Shown here piece after piece: positions 1 to 12,471 of a DNA stretch of 48,196 nucleotides. Numbering within the stretch: position 1 is the first letter of the stretch; every line of letters starts with the position of its first letter. Origin of the DNA: an uncultured Aquiluna sp. (GTDB lineage: Bacteria; Actinomycetota; Actinomycetes; Actinomycetales; Microbacteriaceae); contig CAZQHT010000003.1 of the NCBI GenBank assembly GCA_964593635.1, positions 2,490 through 50,685 of the forward strand, read 5' to 3'. The notes beneath the pieces were generated by a model. It did not search any database. It saw nothing but the letters and a program-made list of their open reading frames with translations, and had not been told where the DNA came from. The translations under genes were made by a program, and so were the position numbers.

Positions 1-128
1 GCCTGATCTTGGTTCCAGCAATCATGACAATCTTGGGCAAGAGTGCTTGGTGGCTCCCGAAGTGGTTGGACAAGCTATTGCCAAACGTTGATGTTGAGGG
101 AAGCTCCCTAGAACACAAGCGGGCTTAG
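1..128 (+). CDS. 3' end of an MMPL/RND-family membrane transporter (partial, runs off the window start)
   Basis: Frame from nt 3 reads LILVPAIMTILGKSAWWLPKWLDKLLPNVDVEGSSLEHKRA*, the typical MMPL C-terminal motif (LVPAxMxxLGxxxWWLPxWLDxxLP). TAG at 126-128 overlaps the convergent ABC-F stop. Confidence 0.8.
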   Translation, partial: LILVPAIMTILGKSAWWLPKWLDKLLPNVDVEGSSLEHKRA

Positions 129-1717
129 CTCAGCGAAATCAGATCCGCGTATTCCTGGCTCCAGTGGTCCTCAACACCATCTGGCAAAACCAATACTCGC
201 TCTGGATTTAGTGCTTCCACCGCTCCAACATCGTGGCTCACCAGGACAACTGCGCCGGTAAATCCAGCTAGTGCTCGCAAGATCTCCTCGCGGCTGGCTG
301 GGTCAAGGTTGTTGGTGGGTTCGTCCAGCAGCAGAACGTTTGCGCTGGATACAACCAGTGCAGCAAGTGCTAGTCGAGTCTTCTCTCCTCCGGAGAGAAC
401 ACCCGCTGGCTTTTGAACATCGTCACCGGTGAAGAGGAACGAACCCAAAACCTTACGGGCGTCGGTTTCACCGAGCTGAGGCGCTGCATAGAGCATGTTC
501 TGCAGAACTGTTTTCTTCACATCCAGGGTCTCGTGCTCCTGGGCGAAGTAGCCGATCTTGAGTCCATGACCCGGTTCAATCTGGCCAGTGTCGGGCTTGT
601 CCACCCCGGCCAAGATTCTCAGCAGGGTAGTTTTTCCGGCACCGTTTAGACCAATAACCACAACCTTGCTTCCGCGGTCGATAGCAAGATCGACAGCGGT
701 GAAGATCTCAAGTGAACCGTAGCTCTTTGAAAGGTTGCTCGCCATAAGGGGAGTCTTTCCGCAGGGGGCTGGATCGGGGAATTTGATCTTGGCGACCTTG
801 TCGGTGGCGCGGACCTCTTCAAGTCCACTCAAGAGCTTTTCAGCTCGACGTTGCATCTGGTGAGCGGCGGCTGCCTTGGTTGCCTTTGCACCAAACTTTG
901 CAGCCTGCAGAGTGAGAACTGCAGCCTTCTTCTCTGCGCCGGCACGCTCGCGCTTGCGGCGCTCCTGGTCAGCCTCGCGCTGCTTCAGGTAGTTCTTCCA
1001 ACCCATGTTGTAGACATCGATTACCTGCCTATTGGCATCCAGGTAGAAGACTTTGTTTACGGTCTCTTCAACCAGGTCGACATCGTGGCTAATCACAATC
1101 AGCCCACCCTGATAGTTCTTCAAAAAGGTTCGAAGCCAGACCACTCGGTCTGCATCGAGGTGGTTGGTCGGCTCATCCAGCAGCATGGTTTCTGCGTTCG
1201 AAAAGAGAATCCGAGCCAGCTCGATCCTTCGGCGCTGTCCGCCGGAGAGAGTCTTTAGCGGCTGCGCCAGAGTTTGCTCGCTAATGCCCAGGTTGGATGC
1301 AATCGAGGAGGCTTCGGCCTCTGCGGCATAGCCGCCTGCCGAGGTGAACTCCACCTCAGCGCGGGCATACTTCTTCATTGCGGATTCGAATAGCTCCGGG
1401 TCTCCCATATCGCTGGAGGCCTTATTCATGCGCTGCAAAATGTCGCCCAAACCCCGGGCATTCAGAATGCGAGTGTGGGCAAGTTCTTCCGGGTCACCAC
1501 TACGTGGGTCCTGGGGGAGGTAGCCGATTTCACCGGTGACCTGAACCGAGCCTGCGCTTGGTTGACCATCGCCCGCGAGGATTTTGGTGAGAGTGGTTTT
1601 TCCGGCACCGTTGCGACCGACCAGTCCGATTTTGTCGCCCTTTTGAACCCTAAAGTTCACACCCGACATCAAGGTCCTGGCGCCAATGCTGATCTCAAGA
1701 TCAGTTACAGCAATCAA
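125..1717 (-). CDS. ABC-F family ATP-binding protein (ribosome-associated, two NBDs, no TM domain)
   Basis: Two Walker A motifs (GRNGAGKT, GLNGAGKT), LSGGQ/LSGGE signatures, LLDEPTNHLD/LLDEPTNNLD and a charged helical linker. Confidence 0.92.
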   Translation of the reverse strand: MIAVTDLEISIGARTLMSGVNFRVQKGDKIGLVGRNGAGKTTLTKILAGDGQPSAGSVQVTGEIGYLPQDPRSGDPEELAHTRILNARGLGDILQRMNKASSDMGDPELFESAMKKYARAEVEFTSAGGYAAEAEASSIASNLGISEQTLAQPLKTLSGGQRRRIELARILFSNAETMLLDEPTNHLDADRVVWLRTFLKNYQGGLIVISHDVDLVEETVNKVFYLDANRQVIDVYNMGWKNYLKQREADQERRKRERAGAEKKAAVLTLQAAKFGAKATKAAAAHQMQRRAEKLLSGLEEVRATDKVAKIKFPDPAPCGKTPLMASNLSKSYGSLEIFTAVDLAIDRGSKVVVIGLNGAGKTTLLRILAGVDKPDTGQIEPGHGLKIGYFAQEHETLDVKKTVLQNMLYAAPQLGETDARKVLGSFLFTGDDVQKPAGVLSGGEKTRLALAALVVSSANVLLLDEPTNNLDPASREEILRALAGFTGAVVLVSHDVGAVEALNPERVLVLPDGVEDHWSQEYADLISLS

Positions 1718-1783
1718 GTATTAGCTCCAGGGGGATTGGGGAATGAGATAAGCGTAGTCGCACCAGCACTTTAGGCTTGAGTT

Positions 1784-2254
1784 ATGCGAATTCAACCAAA
1801 GTCTCTTTTCAAGTTTTTTGCCGTTGCAGAGATGTTCACCTGGGCACTACTGATTACCGGTCTGATCCTGCGCGCAACTGTCGGAATCCCAGCCGAGCTC
1901 TTCACGCTCTTCGGCGGAACTCACGGGTTGACCTTTTTGGGCTATGGAGTTGTTGCCGCACTGGTGGGTGTGAATCAGCGCTGGAAGCTAGCCAAGATTG
2001 TTTTGGGCATTGGATTGGCGATTGTCCCTTTCGCCACCTACCCATTCGAGCGCTACCTCTCGAAGTCCAAATCGCTCGAGGGTCAATGGCGAACCACCTT
2101 GTCCGAGGACCCAAGAGATAAGAATTGGTTCGATCGACTCTTTCGCTGGTTCATCGCAAGACCGCTGGTTTTGGTTTTGGCTTTGGTCGCGACGGTGGCA
2201 ATTCTGTTTGTGACCCTTTTGACACTCGGTCCACCAAGTGAATGGGGCAATTAG
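1784..2254 (+). CDS. DUF3817-like integral membrane protein
   Basis: AVAEMFTWALL...GGTHG...F.GY...LAIVPFATYPFER pattern with hydrophobic helices. TAGGCT -10 lies 6 nt before the ATG. Confidence 0.75.
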   Translation: MRIQPKSLFKFFAVAEMFTWALLITGLILRATVGIPAELFTLFGGTHGLTFLGYGVVAALVGVNQRWKLAKIVLGIGLAIVPFATYPFERYLSKSKSLEGQWRTTLSEDPRDKNWFDRLFRWFIARPLVLVLALVATVAILFVTLLTLGPPSEWGN

Positions 2255-2404
2255 CCCCTACGAAGGTCGCAGAAAAGCAACCTAAATTCAACTGATTTCG
2301 TTGAATATTGGATTTATCGATAATCTTTTTGAAAATGATTAGCTCTAAATTCGACTAATTGCGTTTCGTGGGTGACAATTGGGGAACCACTAAGGAGTGA
2401 CCCC

Positions 2405-3811
2405 GTGTCTCAAGTTGTAGACCTAAAACACGAAACCACCGGCTGGAGAAATGTTCCGGCAGGACACCTTCCACTGAATCGCGCAAGAGTTCACGAACTG
2501 CTCGCCAAAGAGTGGGAGACATTCAATGCCTCCACAAAAGAATCTGGAAAGCACAACGCACAGGCGAGCAAAGTTTTGCCGCTGGGCGTTACCTCTAGCT
2601 TCCAGCACTGGGACCCATACCCGATCTCAATCGTCTCCGCCAAGGGTGCCTACGTCAAAGACGTAGACGGCCGCAAGCTGCTGGATCTCTCGATGGGATT
2701 CGGAGCGATGCTTGTGGGTCACCTAAACCCCAAGGTCGTCAAGGCGGTCAAGCGTGCACTGCGCACCACCGGCACCTTGTTTGTGACTCCGTCGCCTACC
2801 GCCACTCGTGCGGCTGAGAAGTTCAAGAAGCGCTTCGGTCTAGACATGCTTCGCTTCACTAACTCCGGCACCGAGTCGCTGATGTATGCAATCCGCACCG
2901 CCAGGGCTGTCACCGGCAAGAGCGCGATCATCAAGCTTGAGGGTGGCTACCACGGTGGCTATGACCCACTTCAGGTTTCAGTAAAGCCAAAGCTGTCTGA
3001 CATCGGTAGCGGCGACGCTCCGATTCCTGCAGTGCCATCAGAAGTAGTAGCCGGTGAGGTTTTTGTTGTTCCCTACAACAACCTCGACTACTTGCGCCAG
3101 ATCATGGCCGATAACTCAGCTCGCATTGCGTGCTTCGTGCTCGAGCCGATCATCGAAAACCTCTCGATCGTGCTGCCAGACCGCGGTTACCTGCAGGGTG
3201 TTCGCGAGCTCTGCGATGAGTATGGAATCGCACTGATTTTTGACGAGGTAAAGACCGGTCTAACCGCTGGTGTTGCTGGTGCTGCAAAGAAGGTTGGCGT
3301 TCAGCCAGATCTGATTACCCTTGCCAAGAGCATCGGTGGCGGTTTGCCGGTTGCTGCTTTTGGTGGCAAGGCCAAGTACATGCAGGCAGTGGTAGATGGC
3401 CGGATGGCTCACTTCGGCACCTACAACGGAAACCCTTTGGTTATGGCTGCGGTTGAGGCAGTGGATGAAATCTGCACCCCCGAGGTGATGGCCAAGGCCG
3501 AGGCGGTAAACAACGAGACCCTTCGCAAGCTCGACCAAATCATCAACGAGTACCAGCTCCCCGCTCACACCGTTGGTTTTGGTGTCAAGGGTGCGATGAT
3601 CTGGTCGCCAAATGCTGTGCGCAACTACCGCGATTTCAAGGAGACCGACTTTGAGGCAGCTGAGCTGAGCTGGCTGTGGGGCCTCAACCGAGGAATCATT
3701 ACCCCTCCGGGACTTGATGAGCAGTGGTTGGTTTCACTGGTCACCACCCAGAAGGACATGGACCGCTTGGTCAATGCCACCCGTGAGCTTGCAAAGGCGC
3801 TGCGCAGCTAA
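2405..3811 (+). CDS. Class III PLP-dependent aminotransferase, glutamate-1-semialdehyde aminomutase-like
   Basis: RFTNSGTES, EGGYHG, LIFDEVKTG, PLP lysine in LAKSIGGGLP, GTYNGNP. GTG at 2405 follows the AAGGAG RBS (the ORF track starts at 2372). Confidence 0.85.
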   Translation: MSQVVDLKHETTGWRNVPAGHLPLNRARVHELLAKEWETFNASTKESGKHNAQASKVLPLGVTSSFQHWDPYPISIVSAKGAYVKDVDGRKLLDLSMGFGAMLVGHLNPKVVKAVKRALRTTGTLFVTPSPTATRAAEKFKKRFGLDMLRFTNSGTESLMYAIRTARAVTGKSAIIKLEGGYHGGYDPLQVSVKPKLSDIGSGDAPIPAVPSEVVAGEVFVVPYNNLDYLRQIMADNSARIACFVLEPIIENLSIVLPDRGYLQGVRELCDEYGIALIFDEVKTGLTAGVAGAAKKVGVQPDLITLAKSIGGGLPVAAFGGKAKYMQAVVDGRMAHFGTYNGNPLVMAAVEAVDEICTPEVMAKAEAVNNETLRKLDQIINEYQLPAHTVGFGVKGAMIWSPNAVRNYRDFKETDFEAAELSWLWGLNRGIITPPGLDEQWLVSLVTTQKDMDRLVNATRELAKALRS

Positions 3812-3860
3812 CAGCGGTTTGCAAAGAACCGCCTGCTGGGCGCTCTAGCATTGGAGAGCC

Positions 3861-6800
3861 ATGGCTGAGCTAAGAATCGATTACCCGGAAGACCTTCCGG
3901 TATCCAAGCTCAGGCATGAGATTCTCGAGGCCATAAATAACCATCAGGTGATTGTGGTTGCCGGAGCAACCGGATCGGGAAAAACCACCCAGCTTCCAAA
4001 GATGTGTCTTGAGCTTGGCCGCAAATCCATTGCCCACACCCAGCCCAGACGCATAGCCGCCAGATCTGTCGCCGAGCGCATTGCTGAGGAGCTCAAGGTT
4101 GAGCTCGGCGGGCTAGTGGGTTATCAGGTTCGCTTCACCGATACCTCCAGCAAAGCAACCCGCGTCAAAGTTATGACCGATGGCATCTTGTTGAATGCCA
4201 TCCAGAACCGAAACGACCTCGCGCAATACGACACCATCATCATCGATGAGGCCCACGAGCGAAGTCTGAACATCGACTTTCTGCTGGGTTACCTCAAGCA
4301 GCTTTTGCCTAAGCGCCCTGAGCTCAAGGTAATCATCACCTCGGCAACCATTGACCCGGAATCATTCAGTCGCCATTTCAACGATGCTCCGATTATTGAG
4401 GTGTCGGGCCGAACCTATCCGATCGAGGTTCGCTATCGACCCGTCCACAACGACTCCGAGGGAAACAGTGACCCCGATGACTCAAGCTCGGCCTCCGACT
4501 ACCTAGACGGCATAGTGAAGGCTCTCGACGAGCTTGCCAAAGAACCCGAGGGCGACACTCTTGTATTCCTATCTGGAGAGTCAGAGATCAGAGACGCCCA
4601 AGAGGCAATCCAGGGTCGAATCACATCGGGGCTGTTGGATAAGAACACCGAACTCTTGCCGCTCTATGGTCGGCTCAGCAGCAGCGAGCAACACAAGGTG
4701 TTTGAACGCAGCAAAGTAGCCGGGGTTCGCAGAAGAGTGATTCTGGCAACAAACGTTGCCGAGACCTCGCTCACCATCCCAAACATCAAATACGTCATCG
4801 ATGCTGGGACCGCGAGAATCTCCCGCTACAGCCCAAGGGCAAAAGTTCAGCGGTTGCCGATTGAAGCAATTAGCCAAGCCAGCGCGAACCAGCGCGCTGG
4901 TCGTGCCGGTAGAACATCTGCTGGTGTTGTGATCAGGCTTTATTCGGAGGAGGACTACAACTCCCGCAGTGAGTTCACTGACCCAGAGATCCTTAGGACC
5001 AACCTTGCCTCTGTAATCCTGCAGTCAGCAACCATCGGTATTGACGACATCGCCAAGTTCCCTTTCCTGCAGGCCCCTGACCCAAGGGGAGTAAAGGACG
5101 GCCTTGGGCTGCTTGCAGAGCTTGGTGCGCTTGAACCGGAGTCCAAGACTGTGAAGCTCACCAGCTTGGGCAAGGAGTTAGCACGACTGCCTATTGAGCC
5201 TCGCTTTGCCCGAATGTTGCTTGAGGCAAGAAACAGAGACTTGGTTCGCGAGGTGATGGCGATTGTCTCTGGCCTAACTATCCAAGATCCAAGGGAACGA
5301 CCGCTTGAGAAGCGACCGCAGGCAGATCTCTTGCATGCCAGGTTTATAGATCCAACCAGCGACTTCCTAAGTCTTCTGAACCTCTACAACTACCTCGAAG
5401 ATAAGCAGAAGGAGCTCTCCTCCTCTGCCTTTAGAAGACTCTGCAAGGCCGAATACCTCAACTACTTGCGAGTGAGGGAGTGGCAGGACCTAATGCGGCA
5501 ACTTCAGTCGCTGGCTAAGCCCCTGGGCTTGAACCTAAAGGGTAGAAAGAAAGACCCGGAGGGGATTCACAAGTGCCTACTATCAGGGCTACTGAGCCAG
5601 ATTGGAATCAAGCAGCCACAGGAGAAAAAGGTTTGGCAAAACGGTAAAGAGAAGCCAAATCGCGCCGCCGCTGAATATGCAGGAGCAGGCGGCAAGAAGT
5701 TTGTAATCTTCCCGGGGTCGGCGCTCGCCAAAAAGCCACCAGAGGCAATCATCAGCGCGGAGTTGGTGGAGACCTCTCGACTATTTGCGCGCATGAATGC
5801 CGAAATCCTGCCCGAGTGGGCAGAGCAGTTGGCTGGCGATTTAGCAAAGCGGAGCTTTGCCGAACCGCACTGGGAAAAGAAACAGGGCGCAGTTGTTGCG
5901 CTTGAGCGAGTAACTCTCTTTGGTCTGCCGATCGTGGTTGGCAGAAAGATGCAGTACTCACGGGTTGACCCGATGCTGTGTCGGGAGTTGTTTATTCGTC
6001 ACGCACTTGTTGAGGGCGACTGGGATTCTCAGCAGCAGTTTGACCGCGAAAACAAAGTGCTGATCGAGGAGCTCGAGGCTCAGGCCGAGCGAGCCAGAAA
6101 GCCGGAGCTTGCCCCTGGTGAAAACGAGATCTTCCGCTTCTATAACAACCGGGTTCCGCTGGATGTTGTCTCTACCCGCAGCTTTGAAGGCTGGTGGAAA
6201 AAGGCCAAGCAGGAGACCCCAAAACTGCTGACGATGACGAAGCAGAATCTGCTTGAGGTTGAGGTTCAAGAGCTCAGTGATGAGGACCTACCTACCCAGT
6301 GGATTTACGACGGTCAGCAGTTCAACCTGAGTTACCGGTTTGACCCGGGTGCAGTTGACGATGGTGTCACCGTGGATGTGCCGGTGGCAGTGCTTGCAGG
6401 TCTGCAGGAAGACCCGTTTGAGTGGCTGGTGCCTGGCATGCGGCAAGAGTTAGTCACTGAGCTGATTCGCTCGCTGCCAAAGAACATCAGAAAGAATGTG
6501 GTTCCAGCAAATGATTGGGCCAAAAAAGCTCTAGCTCAGCTTCCCGAGGTGCCGACCGGAGGGCTACTCCCGCTGCTTGCAAAGACCCTGCAGCAGCTCA
6601 GCGGCACAGCCATCTCAGCCGGTGATTTTGACCCGAGCAAACTGCCCTCTGCGATGCGCATGACCTACCGAGTGGTGGATGAGAATGGCAAACCTCTTGG
6701 TCTGAGTGATGACTTGAATGAGCTCAAGTTGAAGCTCAAGGACAAGGGTCGTGGCGCAGTGGCAAAAGCCGTTCAGCTCGAGAGCACCATCGAGCGTGCC

Positions 6801-7655
6801 GGCATCGAGAGCTGGGACTTTGAATCAATCCCAGAGGTGCTGGAATCCGAAGTGGCGGGCAATCTGATTCGTGGTTTTCCGGCTTTGGTTCCAACTCCCA
6901 AAGGCGTTGACCTCAGGCTTTTCCCAACTCAATCCGAGAGGGAACGAAACCACATCTGGGGCGTTATCGCTTTGGTGCAGGGGGCAATACCAACGCCTGC
7001 CAAATACATCTCCCAGCACCTAAGCCAGCCTGAAAAGCTCTCGCTGGTGAGCCTTGGCTATAAGGACACCGAACAGTATGTGAGGGACCTGATTGCAGCC
7101 ATGGCAGAGCAAGAACTTCGAAAGCTACATCCGGCCGGAGTGGTGCTTGAGAGAAAACAGTTTGAGAGCGTGCGAGATCTAGTCGCGGCTGCTGCCATTG
7201 AAAGATCCTTCGAAGTAGCGGCAAGCCTGGTGCGAATCGCATCCGCTGCAGCCGAGGCCACCAAGGCAATCTCAAGCGTAAAGAGCATTGAGCTGCTGCC
7301 GATTCTCTCTTCGGAGAAAGAGCACATGAGTCAGCTATTGACCCCAAACCTTGTGAGCATTACCTCGCTCGAGCGGTTGGGTCGTTTACCGATTTATCTG
7401 AAGGCCATTGCGGTTCGAATCACCAAGCTCGCAGAGGCCCCAGCCAAGGATGCGGCTCCCGCTAACGAACTAGCGGCTGCGCTAAGGATCTTTGTCTCGG
7501 CCGGCGGAGTGCTTCCTTTGCCAAAGGGTGCAACTTCGCAGCTGCAGGCGGGGCGCTGGTTACTGGAGGAATTACGGGTGAGCCTCTTTGCGCAAAGCCT
7601 TGGAACTGCTGCGCCAGTGAGTGTGCAGCGGATAGAAAAGGCACTCTCCAAGTAG
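3861..7655 (+). CDS. hrpA: ATP-dependent RNA helicase HrpA (DEAH-box)
   Basis: GATGSGKTTQLP, TQPRRIAA, DEAHERS, SAT, ATNVAETSLT, QRAGRAGR and the C-terminal EELRVSLFAQ; 1264 aa. Confidence 0.95.
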   Translation: MAELRIDYPEDLPVSKLRHEILEAINNHQVIVVAGATGSGKTTQLPKMCLELGRKSIAHTQPRRIAARSVAERIAEELKVELGGLVGYQVRFTDTSSKATRVKVMTDGILLNAIQNRNDLAQYDTIIIDEAHERSLNIDFLLGYLKQLLPKRPELKVIITSATIDPESFSRHFNDAPIIEVSGRTYPIEVRYRPVHNDSEGNSDPDDSSSASDYLDGIVKALDELAKEPEGDTLVFLSGESEIRDAQEAIQGRITSGLLDKNTELLPLYGRLSSSEQHKVFERSKVAGVRRRVILATNVAETSLTIPNIKYVIDAGTARISRYSPRAKVQRLPIEAISQASANQRAGRAGRTSAGVVIRLYSEEDYNSRSEFTDPEILRTNLASVILQSATIGIDDIAKFPFLQAPDPRGVKDGLGLLAELGALEPESKTVKLTSLGKELARLPIEPRFARMLLEARNRDLVREVMAIVSGLTIQDPRERPLEKRPQADLLHARFIDPTSDFLSLLNLYNYLEDKQKELSSSAFRRLCKAEYLNYLRVREWQDLMRQLQSLAKPLGLNLKGRKKDPEGIHKCLLSGLLSQIGIKQPQEKKVWQNGKEKPNRAAAEYAGAGGKKFVIFPGSALAKKPPEAIISAELVETSRLFARMNAEILPEWAEQLAGDLAKRSFAEPHWEKKQGAVVALERVTLFGLPIVVGRKMQYSRVDPMLCRELFIRHALVEGDWDSQQQFDRENKVLIEELEAQAERARKPELAPGENEIFRFYNNRVPLDVVSTRSFEGWWKKAKQETPKLLTMTKQNLLEVEVQELSDEDLPTQWIYDGQQFNLSYRFDPGAVDDGVTVDVPVAVLAGLQEDPFEWLVPGMRQELVTELIRSLPKNIRKNVVPANDWAKKALAQLPEVPTGGLLPLLAKTLQQLSGTAISAGDFDPSKLPSAMRMTYRVVDENGKPLGLSDDLNELKLKLKDKGRGAVAKAVQLESTIERAGIESWDFESIPEVLESEVAGNLIRGFPALVPTPKGVDLRLFPTQSERERNHIWGVIALVQGAIPTPAKYISQHLSQPEKLSLVSLGYKDTEQYVRDLIAAMAEQELRKLHPAGVVLERKQFESVRDLVAAAAIERSFEVAASLVRIASAAAEATKAISSVKSIELLPILSSEKEHMSQLLTPNLVSITSLERLGRLPIYLKAIAVRITKLAEAPAKDAAPANELAAALRIFVSAGGVLPLPKGATSQLQAGRWLLEELRVSLFAQSLGTAAPVSVQRIEKALSK

Positions 7656-7719
7656 ATATTTGCTGGGTCGGAGAGGCTGTTGGCCTCGGGTATTGTTGGA
7701 CTTAGTAGCGGGCAATTAG

Positions 7720-9909
<2,190 letters not shown>

Positions 9910-9922
9910 ATGCTTGAGCTAG

Positions 9923-9952
9923 ACGGGGTGTCCGATTGGGCACCCCGTTTTT
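9923..9952 (+). terminator. Intrinsic terminator after katG
   Basis: ACGGGGTGTCC-gatt-GGGCACCCCGT followed by a T run, between convergent katG and the ROK gene. Confidence 0.85.
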
Positions 9953-9963
9953 GCTGCCTGAAC

Positions 9964-11166
9964 CTACTTGGCTTTTGCGATTTGGCTCAGGGCATTCGGA
10001 TCGGCAATCAGATCCTCAAAGATCAGCTCCGAGGCTCCGATTGCTAGCGAGTTAGAACCAAGTTCAGCGACGAATACCTGAGTGCCCTCAAGGGCAGCAG
10101 GGATGGTGTGAAGCTTGAGAACCTCGTGGAAAAACTTTTGGTCAAAGCGGTAGAGCCCGCTTAGGAAGCCCGCCAAAACTACAACCTCCGGATTGAAGAT
10201 GTTGATGAAGTTGGCCACACCGATGCCCAGTGCTTCGAGCTGCTTCTTGGCAAGAGCAGTGGAGGCCGAGGTTCGCTGATTCAGCAGGCTGGATTGGAGA
10301 TCTTCGTCCGAGACCTGGGCGAGGCCGAGTACCTTTACAAGATCTTCTCGCCGAACCAGAGCCTCAAGCGTTCCAGGAATGCCCGAGTAGTCATTCAGGG
10401 ATGATGAGCTGATTCTCACGTGTCCGAGCTCGGCGGCATAGCCGCCAATCCCCTGAAGTGCTCGGCCACCCGTGTAGACACCTCCTCCTAGCCCGGATGC
10501 GCCGTGGAGGTAGACAACCTCGCTAGCTCCTTTGGCTGCTCCGTAGCTAATCTCGGCCGTGCATCCAAGCGAGGCATCGTTGCCAACCATGATCTTCATG
10601 TTTAGGGCAGCAGAGAGTTGATCACGAATTGGCACCTCGAACCATTGCAGGTGCGGAGCTTGGCGCACCACTCCGGTCAAGATGTCGATTTGTCCGGGGA
10701 TGATGATTCCAGCTCCCACAACGCGATAGTCCTCGCCCGCGGACTCAAGTTCTTCGAGAACGACCGTCATCAACTCAATGATGTCCTTTACTGCCTGATC
10801 GGAACTAACCGGGTTTTGGTAGATGCTCCTTTTTGAAAGCACAATCTGACCGTTGAAGGTCACGGCCTTGATTTCCAGGTAGTCAACCTCCGGGTGGACA
10901 GAGATTGCAATGATGTTTCTAGCTGCCTCAACAGAGATGCTGGGTCGGCCGACACGGTCAATTTGTTCGGCGCCACTCTCGGATGCGAAGCCGAGTTCGC
11001 AAATAGTGCTCACTAGTTTTGCAACCGTTGACCTGGTCAAGCCGGTCAGTCGACAAATCTCGGAACGCGATATGGTCCTGTTTTCGTGGATAAGGCGCAG
11101 TATCAGGGAAAGATTCGCACTGTGAGACGCTCTATCTTCGGCAACTTGCGCTCCTTGAGTCGACAC
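9964..11166 (-). CDS. xylR: ROK-family transcriptional repressor (XylR-like)
   Basis: N-terminal HTH (ISRSEICRLTGLTRSTV), GRP, NDAS and AELGHV motifs; divergent from the xylose operon. Start placed at GTG 11166 after the AGGAGA RBS (ORF track 11211). Confidence 0.8.
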   Translation of the reverse strand: MSTQGAQVAEDRASHSANLSLILRLIHENRTISRSEICRLTGLTRSTVAKLVSTICELGFASESGAEQIDRVGRPSISVEAARNIIAISVHPEVDYLEIKAVTFNGQIVLSKRSIYQNPVSSDQAVKDIIELMTVVLEELESAGEDYRVVGAGIIIPGQIDILTGVVRQAPHLQWFEVPIRDQLSAALNMKIMVGNDASLGCTAEISYGAAKGASEVVYLHGASGLGGGVYTGGRALQGIGGYAAELGHVRISSSSLNDYSGIPGTLEALVRREDLVKVLGLAQVSDEDLQSSLLNQRTSASTALAKKQLEALGIGVANFINIFNPEVVVLAGFLSGLYRFDQKFFHEVLKLHTIPAALEGTQVFVAELGSNSLAIGASELIFEDLIADPNALSQIAKAK

Positions 11167-11179
11167 AGACACATCTCCT

Positions 11180-11202
11180 ATTTGTTCGATTGCATTACAA
11201 AT
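11180..11202. promoter_or_regulatory. Putative XylR operator 1
   Basis: Inverted repeat ATTTGT-N11-ACAAAT immediately upstream of the xylR RBS. Confidence 0.55.
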
Positions 11203-11309
11203 GCCATGCAATGAAGTCTATGGTCTCAGAACTAAAGGCAATTTCGGAGAGGAACAAGCCCTATTTTTAGCGGATTGTTATCGAATACTTATAAAAAAGT
11301 GCCGAATCT

Positions 11310-11332
11310 ATTTGTTTTGCGTGGAAACATAA
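11310..11332. promoter_or_regulatory. Putative XylR operator 2
   Basis: ATTTGT-N11-ACATAA, sharing CTATTTGTT with operator 1, upstream of the sugar-binding protein gene. Confidence 0.5.
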
Positions 11333-11393
11333 AAGCAGCTCACAAGAGCTATGACAACCTCGGTTGTCGTAAAGACTCTCTGATAGGGGAAAA

Positions 11394-12455
11394 ATGAAGA
11401 AGTTACACGTTGTTTTGGCTGCCGCTGCAGCCAGCTCGCTGCTTCTAGCCGGTTGTGCTCCAACTGCAACCGAAGAGACCGCAGCTCCCGGAGGCGACTC
11501 CGCTGTACCTCGTGTTTGTGTGATCCTTCCGGACGCTGATGTCCCACGTTGGGAGACCGGTGACCGTCCAGCTCTTGAGGCTGGCCTAACCGCAGCTGGC
11601 TACGAAGTAGACATCCAGAACGCACTTGCTGACACTGGTCGCTACGCAACCATTGCGGACGCACAGTTGGCACAGGGTTGTTCAGTAATGGTCTTGACTG
11701 ACCACCAGGGTGCTGCTGCTGCAGTAGCAGAGAAGGCGAAGGCTGCTGGCGTGCCAGTTATTGCTTACGACCGCCCAATCGCTGGAGCTGACTACTACGT
11801 ATCATTCGACAACTTCACCGTAGGTGCACTACAGGGACAGATGATTGTTGACGGCCTAGCGGCAGCTGGCAAGGACATCACCACTGCAAGCATCATCTAC
11901 TCCTCTGGAGACCCAGCTGACGGTAACGCTGCAATGTTCTTCGATGGTGCCAAGAGCATCCTTGACGCAGCGGGCGCAAAGGCTGCGTTCACCATGGAGG
12001 GAACCTGGGATGGAGCAACTGCTGGAACCTTGTTCGAGCAGGCATTCACCGCAGTTGGTGGAAATGTTGACGCTGTTCTAGCTCCTAACGACAACAACGC
12101 TGCCTCGATCATCTCGATCTTGGACAAGAACGGCCTAACCGTTCCAGTGTCAGGTCAGGACGCTTCGATTGCTGGTCTGCAGAACGTTCTGCTAGGCAAG
12201 CAGTACGGAACTGTTTACAAGCCATTCACCATCTTGGTTGACGCAACCATCAAGGTCGTAGTTGCACTTCTATCGGGTAACACCGTTGAGGCCAACAAGA
12301 CTCTTGACGATGGCACCCCATACGTCGCTGTTGACCCAGTGATCGTTACCCCAGCAAATGTCAAGGACGTTGTTGCTAACGGTGACGCCAGCTTTGCTGA
12401 GCTTTGCACCGAGGCAGTAGCTGAGGCATGTGCTGCAAACGGTATAACAGAATAA
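11394..12455 (+). CDS. xylF: Sugar (D-xylose) ABC transporter substrate-binding lipoprotein
   Basis: Lipobox LLLAGC; RWETGD, VIAYDR, YVSFDN, APND, GQDA and TVYKP motifs of XylF/ChvE-type proteins; in an operon with xylAB. Confidence 0.82.
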   Translation: MKKLHVVLAAAAASSLLLAGCAPTATEETAAPGGDSAVPRVCVILPDADVPRWETGDRPALEAGLTAAGYEVDIQNALADTGRYATIADAQLAQGCSVMVLTDHQGAAAAVAEKAKAAGVPVIAYDRPIAGADYYVSFDNFTVGALQGQMIVDGLAAAGKDITTASIIYSSGDPADGNAAMFFDGAKSILDAAGAKAAFTMEGTWDGATAGTLFEQAFTAVGGNVDAVLAPNDNNAASIISILDKNGLTVPVSGQDASIAGLQNVLLGKQYGTVYKPFTILVDATIKVVVALLSGNTVEANKTLDDGTPYVAVDPVIVTPANVKDVVANGDASFAELCTEAVAEACAANGITE

Positions 12456-12471
12456 GTAGCTAACAACTGAT

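Noticed and set aside
125-1717. ABC-F as an antibiotic resistance gene
   Set aside because: It looks like a housekeeping actinobacterial ABC-F; no leader peptide or mobile context was seen
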